In this document: one piece after another, positions 55,769-60,657 of the stretch
Position numbering within the stretch: position 1 is the stretch's first letter
How the letters are laid out: each line of letters opens with the position of its first letter
NCBI GenBank assembly: GCA_045592445.1
Contig: JAZNUV010000032.1
Span: 1-60,657 of the forward strand
DNA length: 60,657 bases
Source: Clostridia bacterium
Lineage (GTDB): Bacteria; Bacillota; Clostridia; UMGS1883; UMGS1540
Reading direction: 5' to 3'
Notes under the pieces: model-generated
What the model was told of the DNA's origin: nothing
What the model saw: the letters and a program-made list of their open reading frames with translations, nothing else
The model's database searches: none
Made by a program: the position numbers and the translations under genes

Positions 55769-55793
55769 CAAATGCTTTTAAATTTTCGTAGCT

Positions 55794-57731
55794 TTAGGCG
55801 TTGGCAATAACCGTAAAGTCGTCCGCCTTAAGGCTTGCGCCACCGACAAGACCGCCGTCAATATCGCTCATAGCGAAAAGGTCTGCGGCATTTGCGGCGT
55901 TTACGCTGCCACCATAGAGAATGCGGATTTTACCTGCAGTTTCCGCACCATACAATTCGCCAATCAGAACGCGAATCGCGCTGCAAACTTCATTTGCCTG
56001 CTCGTTGGTTGCAGTTTTACCTGTGCCGATTGCCCAGATGGGTTCATAAGCAATTACAATATCTGCTGCTTTATCTGCAGGAATATCTTTTAATGCTTTC
56101 TTAAGCTGAATGCGAATCCATTCGATTGTAATGCCATCTTCGCGCTGAGCCAGGGATTCGCCGCAGCAAATAACGGGAATAAGACCATATTCGAGTGCTT
56201 TGATTGCTTTTTTGTTTACGGTTTCATCCGTTTCACCAAAATATTCGCGACGTTCGGAGTGGCCGAGGATAACATGTGTAACACCCATTTCGCGAAGCAT
56301 TGCAGGAGCAATTTCACCCGTGAAAGCGCCCTTATCCTCAAAGTGCATGTTCTGTGCGCCAACCATAATTTTTGTGCCCTTTGCGGCTTTCAAAACAGCA
56401 TCGAGGCAAACGAAGGGGGGACAAACAAGTACATCGTTTGCGGCATCTCCTGCTTTTGCAGCAAGGTCTGCCATGAGTGCTGCAGCTTCTTCGGGGGTTT
56501 TATTCATTTTCCAGTTGCCTGCTGCAAGTTTTTTTCTATCATCTAAAAGGCAAGCAATACCGGGGAGTACGATGCCTTCCAAAAATTCGAGAGAAGCACC
56601 GCCGCCTGTAGAAATGTGCGTCATTTTATCTGCAAAACCGAGTTGTTCTACTGCTGCTGCACTGTCACCGCCGCCGATAATGGTAGTGGCAGAAGCGTTT
56701 GCAAGTGCTTTTGCAACTGCGATTGTGCCTTTTGCCAGCGTCGGATTTTCAAATACACCCATCGGACCGTTCCAAACTACAGTGCGTGCATCGCTGATTG
56801 CTTTTGCGAAAAGGTCAATTGTTTTTGTTCCGATGTCAAGACCCATTTTATCAGCGGGAATAGCATCTACCGAAACAACTTCAGTTGCAATTTCAGCCGT
56901 GATGGGGTCAGGGAATGCAGCTGCTACGGTCGTATCAACGGGCAAAAGAAGCTCTACGCCGTTTGCAGCGGCCTTTTCGATAAGGCTTTTTGCAAGGTCA
57001 AGCTTTTCTGCGTCGAATAAGGATTTGCCGATTTCGCAGCCCTTTGCCTTGAGGAAGGTGTAAGCCATACCGCCACCAATAATCAACTTATCTACTTTTG
57101 TAATTAAGTTTTCGATAACGCCGATTTTGTCGGAAACCTTCGCACCGCCCAAAATGGCAACGAAGGGACGCTCGGGATTCGAAAGTGCCTTACCCATGAC
57201 GTCAATTTCCTTCTGAATGAGGTAACCGCAAACGGCGGGCAGGTAGTCTGCAACGCCAGCGGTGGAAGCGTGTGCGCGATGTGCGGTACCAAATGCGTCG
57301 TTTACATAAATATCAGCAAAGGAAGCTAAAGCTTTAGCAAAAGCAGGATCGTATTTCTCTTCTTCTTTGTGATAACGAACGTTTTCAAGCAAGATAACGT
57401 CGCCATCTTTCATGTCGGCAACCAAAGCTTTTGCACTGTCGCCGATAACATCCTCTGCCATTTTAACGGTTTTGCCGAGATGCTCGGAAAGACGTTTTGC
57501 AACCGGTGCCAGACTGAATTTGGGATTAAATTCTCCCTTCGGTCTGCCAAGATGCGAGCAAAGGATAACCTTTGCATTATGGTCCGCAAGGTAGCGGACA
57601 GTGGGCAGTGCACCGAGGATTCTCGTTTCGTCCGTAATGTTCTTGTCAGCGTCAAGCGGTACGTTAAAGTCGCAACGAACCAAAACGCGCTTGCCTTCTA
57701 CAGCAATAGATTCAATGTTTCTCTTGTTCAT
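55794..57731 (-). CDS. pgk-tpiA: Bifunctional phosphoglycerate kinase / triosephosphate isomerase fusion
   Basis: One 645-aa ORF. The PGK part ([11 protein letters not shown] ... [13 protein letters not shown]) runs without a stop into TIM (LAAGNWKMN ... [11 protein letters not shown] ... LVGGASL). Confidence 0.92.
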   Translation of the reverse strand: MNKRNIESIAVEGKRVLVRCDFNVPLDADKNITDETRILGALPTVRYLADHNAKVILCSHLGRPKGEFNPKFSLAPVAKRLSEHLGKTVKMAEDVIGDSAKALVADMKDGDVILLENVRYHKEEEKYDPAFAKALASFADIYVNDAFGTAHRAHASTAGVADYLPAVCGYLIQKEIDVMGKALSNPERPFVAILGGAKVSDKIGVIENLITKVDKLIIGGGMAYTFLKAKGCEIGKSLFDAEKLDLAKSLIEKAAANGVELLLPVDTTVAAAFPDPITAEIATEVVSVDAIPADKMGLDIGTKTIDLFAKAISDARTVVWNGPMGVFENPTLAKGTIAVAKALANASATTIIGGGDSAAAVEQLGFADKMTHISTGGGASLEFLEGIVLPGIACLLDDRKKLAAGNWKMNKTPEEAAALMADLAAKAGDAANDVLVCPPFVCLDAVLKAAKGTKIMVGAQNMHFEDKGAFTGEIAPAMLREMGVTHVILGHSERREYFGETDETVNKKAIKALEYGLIPVICCGESLAQREDGITIEWIRIQLKKALKDIPADKAADIVIAYEPIWAIGTGKTATNEQANEVCSAIRVLIGELYGAETAGKIRILYGGSVNAANAADLFAMSDIDGGLVGGASLKADDFTVIANA

Positions 57732-57847
57732 AATTTCACTCCTACATATATTATATCCACTATTTTACAACAAAAGCGCCCTAAAATCAAGTAAAAAATA
57801 AAAAAATATCTTTATTTATTGAGGAAGTTTTTTTTCTTGTTAAATTA

Positions 57848-57876
57848 TTGACAAAAAAATTGTCCTGTGGTATAAT
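57848..57876 (+). promoter_or_regulatory. Consensus sigma-A promoter for the transporter gene
   Basis: TTGACA (57848-57853), 17-nt spacer, TGG-TATAAT (-10 at 57871-57876). Confidence 0.6.
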
Positions 57877-57914
57877 TTGCAAATACAATATCTTACATAA
57901 AAAGGAGCATACAC

Positions 57915-59183
57915 ATGGAATTTTTGAATCAGCTAATCTCGTTTTCGGGCGGTACGGTTGCACTTTTTGGAGCATTCTTGATTTGCCTTATCGGATATGC
58001 TATCGGGCATATTCAAATTAAGGGGTTATCCCTCGGAACGGCAGGCGTATTTTTGGCGGCACTTTTGTTCGGATATCTTTTTACGTTGCCCCAAATTCAG
58101 TCTATTCCTGTTTTGGGCAGACTGTATGTTGAAAATGCATCCTCTGCGGTAGTGGGGCATTATAAGTTTATGGAAAGTGTCGGCCTTATCTTGTTTGTTA
58201 CAAGCGTCGGTTTTATTGCGGGACCGAACTTTTTCCGCGATTTAAAGAAAAATGCAAAATCCTATGTACCGATGGGTATTATTATCATCGCAATCGGCGC
58301 GATACTGACGGCACTTTTTGCAATCATTCCCGGTATCGGATCTGCTTTTGCAAACGGTGTTTTGTCGGGTGCATTGACAAGTACGCCGGCATTTTCCGCT
58401 GCAAAACAGGTTGCATCGGCGGACGCGCAGGGTCTTGTGGCACTCGGTCATGCGGTTGCATATCCCTTCGGTGTTATCGGTGTTGTGCTTTTCGTACAGA
58501 TTATTCCGAGACTGGTCCGCGCAAATATGGAAAAGGAACGCGGACTTATTATGGTAGAAACATCTGATGCGGCACAAAAGACCGACGCGGTAAAGCATAC
58601 GCTCTTAGATGAATTTGGCTTTGCATCCTTTGGTCTTGCAGTTGTACTCGGTATTCTCCTCGGCAGCATAAAAATTCCGCTTACGTCTGCAGGATTTAAA
58701 GGCGCATGCTTTTCCCTCGGCAATACGGGCGGACCGCTTATTATGGCATTGATTCTCGGTCACTTCGGGCATATCGGCAAATTGAACATGCGTGTGCCGG
58801 ATAGCGTTGTAAAGGTATTTCGTGAATTCGGACTTATGCTCTTTTTAATCGGTGCAGGCGTTGAAGGCGGCGTAGAATTGGTCGCACAGGTACAGGCTTC
58901 CGAATACGGTGTTATGCTTGTTGTATATGGCTTTTTGGCCGGTGCGGCTATGACAACAATTCCTATGCTCGTCGGCTATTTCTGTGCAAAAAAATGGTTT
59001 AGGTTGCCGCTCCTTTATAACCTGGGCTCCATCACGGGCGGTATGACCAGTACACCTGCACTTGGCACGTTAATCTCGGTTGCGGGGACGGATGATGTTG
59101 CAAGTGCGTATGCATCCACCTATCCTATGGCTTTGGTGCTGATTGTTTTGGTTTCCAACCTGATAGGCACGTTTATTGCTTAG
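57915..59183 (+). CDS. AAE-family (YidE/YbjL / aspartate:alanine exchanger-like) transporter
   Basis: 422-aa polytopic protein with the duplicated Asp-Al_Ex-type membrane region (IKGLSLGTAGVFLAALLFG and GNTGGPLIMALILG). No intervening TrkA-C domains. Confidence 0.7.
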   Translation: MEFLNQLISFSGGTVALFGAFLICLIGYAIGHIQIKGLSLGTAGVFLAALLFGYLFTLPQIQSIPVLGRLYVENASSAVVGHYKFMESVGLILFVTSVGFIAGPNFFRDLKKNAKSYVPMGIIIIAIGAILTALFAIIPGIGSAFANGVLSGALTSTPAFSAAKQVASADAQGLVALGHAVAYPFGVIGVVLFVQIIPRLVRANMEKERGLIMVETSDAAQKTDAVKHTLLDEFGFASFGLAVVLGILLGSIKIPLTSAGFKGACFSLGNTGGPLIMALILGHFGHIGKLNMRVPDSVVKVFREFGLMLFLIGAGVEGGVELVAQVQASEYGVMLVVYGFLAGAAMTTIPMLVGYFCAKKWFRLPLLYNLGSITGGMTSTPALGTLISVAGTDDVASAYASTYPMALVLIVLVSNLIGTFIA

Positions 59184-59256
59184 TAAATATAAGGTAAGAT
59201 TTTAAAAAAGAATGAGGATAAATCAAAAAGACATCATTCTACGGATAAACACAATT

Positions 59257-59284
59257 ATATCGGCGTATGCCGATATTTTTGTTT
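59257..59284 (+). terminator. Rho-independent terminator after the transporter gene
   Basis: ATATCGGC-GTAT-GCCGATAT followed by TTTTGTTT. Confidence 0.7.
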
Positions 59285-59292
59285 CCAAAATC

Positions 59293-59321
59293 TTGACATA
59301 CATAAGAAATAAAAGTATAAT
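59293..59321 (+). promoter_or_regulatory. Consensus sigma-A promoter for recA
   Basis: TTGACA (59293-59298), 17-nt spacer, TATAAT (59316-59321). Confidence 0.6.
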
Positions 59322-59348
59322 AATTGTAGAAGGACAGGAGGAATGAAG

Positions 59349-60410
59349 ATGGCAGAGAAAAAAGGTACTGAAAAAAAGAAGGCGGCAACCGCAATTGCAG
59401 GGCAGGATGAAAAGAAAAAAGCACTTGAGATGGCACTCGGTCAGATAGAAAAGCAATTTGGTAAGGGTGCGGTTATGAAACTTGGGGAAAATACGCATCT
59501 GAACATCGAGTCTATTCCGACAGGGTCTTTGTCACTTGATATCGCACTGGGCATCGGCGGCGTGCCGCGCGGCAGAATTGTTGAAATATACGGGCCGGAA
59601 TCCTCCGGTAAAACAACTGTGGCATTACATATTATTGCCGAGGCGCAAAAACGCGGCGGCGAAGTCGCGTTTATCGATGCGGAGCATGCTTTAGACCCGC
59701 ATTATGCAGAAGTTTTGGGTGTTGATGTAGACAGTTTGATTGTATCGCAACCGGACACGGGCGAGCAAGCGCTGGAAATTGCAGAAGCACTTGCACGAAG
59801 TGGCGCACTTGATGCTTTGGTTGTTGACTCCGTAGCGGCATTGGTGCCGAAAGCGGAAATTGAAGGCGAAATGGGTGACGCACATGTCGGTCTGCAGGCA
59901 AGACTTATGAGTCAGGCCCTCAGAAAGCTTGCGGGCGTTGTAAATAAATCGGGCACAACGGCAATTTTCATAAATCAGCTTCGTGAAAAGGTTGGTATTG
60001 TATACGGGAATCCTGAGGTTACCCCCGGTGGCCGCGCACTGAAATTCTACGCTTCTGTGCGTTTGGATGTGCGGAAATCCGAAGTGATTAAAGTGGACAG
60101 TACACCTGTGGGCAACCGCGTTCGCATTAAGGTTGTGAAAAATAAGGTTGCACCGCCCTTCCGTGAAGCAGAGTGCGATATTATGTACGGACAGGGCATC
60201 TCGACTGTTGGTAATATTTTAGACCTTGCCGTGGATTACGATTTAGTTGATAAGTCGGGTGCATGGTATTCGTATGATGGAGAGAGGATTGGACAGGGTA
60301 GAGAAAATGCGAAGAAGTTTCTTACCGAAAATCCTGACATATCCGCAAAACTTGAGGCGGAAATTCGGGAAAAGGCAGGATTGCCAACCCCCAATATATC
60401 GGAAGAATAA
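59349..60410 (+). CDS. recA: Recombinase RecA
   Basis: [25 protein letters not shown] and L1/L2 loops. ATG 59349 is preferred because GGAGG lies 8 nt upstream; ATG 59343 is only 2 nt from it. Confidence 0.97.
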   Translation: MAEKKGTEKKKAATAIAGQDEKKKALEMALGQIEKQFGKGAVMKLGENTHLNIESIPTGSLSLDIALGIGGVPRGRIVEIYGPESSGKTTVALHIIAEAQKRGGEVAFIDAEHALDPHYAEVLGVDVDSLIVSQPDTGEQALEIAEALARSGALDALVVDSVAALVPKAEIEGEMGDAHVGLQARLMSQALRKLAGVVNKSGTTAIFINQLREKVGIVYGNPEVTPGGRALKFYASVRLDVRKSEVIKVDSTPVGNRVRIKVVKNKVAPPFREAECDIMYGQGISTVGNILDLAVDYDLVDKSGAWYSYDGERIGQGRENAKKFLTENPDISAKLEAEIREKAGLPTPNISEE

Positions 60411-60546
60411 ACCGGGGATGTTTAAAAATGTGTAGACCGCATAAACGCTATTTTTAACATATTTTACAACCTCTTAAGAAAATCAAAAATATGAAATATG
60501 CTGTAAAATTTGAAAAATCAAGATACTACCTTGTATTTTAGCGTTT

Positions 60547-60650
60547 GTGCTACGAACAAACTTCGCCTCTCGACGTACCTATGTACGCCTTCGGGTTCCC
60601 ACGGCAAGGCCCAACGCCTTGCCGTGACTCAGTTTGTTCGTTCTACAACA
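60547..60650 (+). other. Branched inverted-repeat element (candidate structured RNA, leader or REP/MITE-like repeat), truncated context at the window end
   Basis: The outer arms ACGAACAAACT (60552-60562) and AGTTTGTTCGT (60631-60641) enclose an 11-bp hairpin at 60600-60626 (CACGGCAAGGC-CCAAC-GCCTTGCCGTG) and a 5-bp hairpin at 60574-60587. A T-run follows at 60651-60655. Confidence 0.3.
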
Positions 60651-60657
60651 TTTTTAT

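Noticed and set aside
56200-57063. 287-aa ORF on the plus strand
   Set aside because: It is antisense to the pgk-tpi fusion and gives a Ser/Ala/Pro-rich low-complexity translation. Shadow ORF.
59184-59348. LexA (Cheo box, CGAAC-N4-GTTCG) operator upstream of recA
   Set aside because: No GAAC...GTTC palindrome is present in the promoter region. Only a consensus sigma-A promoter and the upstream terminator are seen.
60552-60641. CGAAC and GTTCG half-sites in the arms of the element downstream of recA as a split LexA box
   Set aside because: The halves are about 68 nt apart rather than 4 nt apart. They are better explained as the pairing arms of a long inverted repeat.
1-60657. CRISPR arrays, tRNA/rRNA genes, transposases, integrases, prophage genes, toxin-antitoxin pairs or known defence systems
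   Set aside because: No regularly spaced direct repeats, no cloverleaf-sized conserved intergenic segments (intergenic regions are short) and no recognisable mobile-element or defence protein motifs were found on either strand.

Overview
This is a densely packed chromosomal window from a Gram-positive anaerobe. It looks like a spore-forming Clostridia-type Firmicute, judged from the ctsR-mcsA-mcsB-clpC operon, glgC/glgD, a PdaA-like deacetylase, YlmH and a glycyl-radical enzyme. I call 54 protein genes. I recognised no rRNA, tRNA, CRISPR array, transposase, integrase, phage gene or known defence gene.

Most of the window is housekeeping:
- Translation and RNA modification: pheT (3' part), alaS, rlmB, dusB, mnmG-rsmG, engB.
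- Cell shape and division: dut-maf-mreC-mreD-PBP2, minD, mgsA, ftsE-ftsX with an M23 peptidase and an S41 protease.
- Amino-acid and central metabolism: ACT-hom-lysC, glgC-glgD-pdaA, D-LDH, a fused pgk-tpi plus gpmI.
- Other: a noc/parB-like gene, ctsR-mcsA-mcsB-clpC, recA.

The parts that look accessory or unusual are, in my order of interest:
1. A short glycyl-radical enzyme co-transcribed with an SMP-30 lactonase-like gene. It lies divergent from an AraC regulator and a GH78 rhamnosidase, and there is no activase anywhere in the 60 kb.
2. A double-length tandem ThyX with complementary motif decay and a Cys-rich tail.
3. A translationally coupled trio: phosphoribosyltransferase, HxxxDG acyltransferase and a zinc-ribbon membrane protein.
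4. A small islet at 38.4-42.2 kb holding an XRE regulator, an orphan LytTR response regulator, an 11-codon mini-ORF, a 557-aa aromatic-repeat secreted protein and a CuAO-N/NPCBM-like protein.
5. An ApgM-like paralogue embedded in the hom-lysC operon.
6. A branched inverted-repeat element downstream of recA, cut by the window edge.

None of these is demonstrably a new system from sequence alone. All calls rest on motif recognition in the supplied ORF translations plus manual inspection of RBS, promoter and hairpin sequences. No database search was possible.
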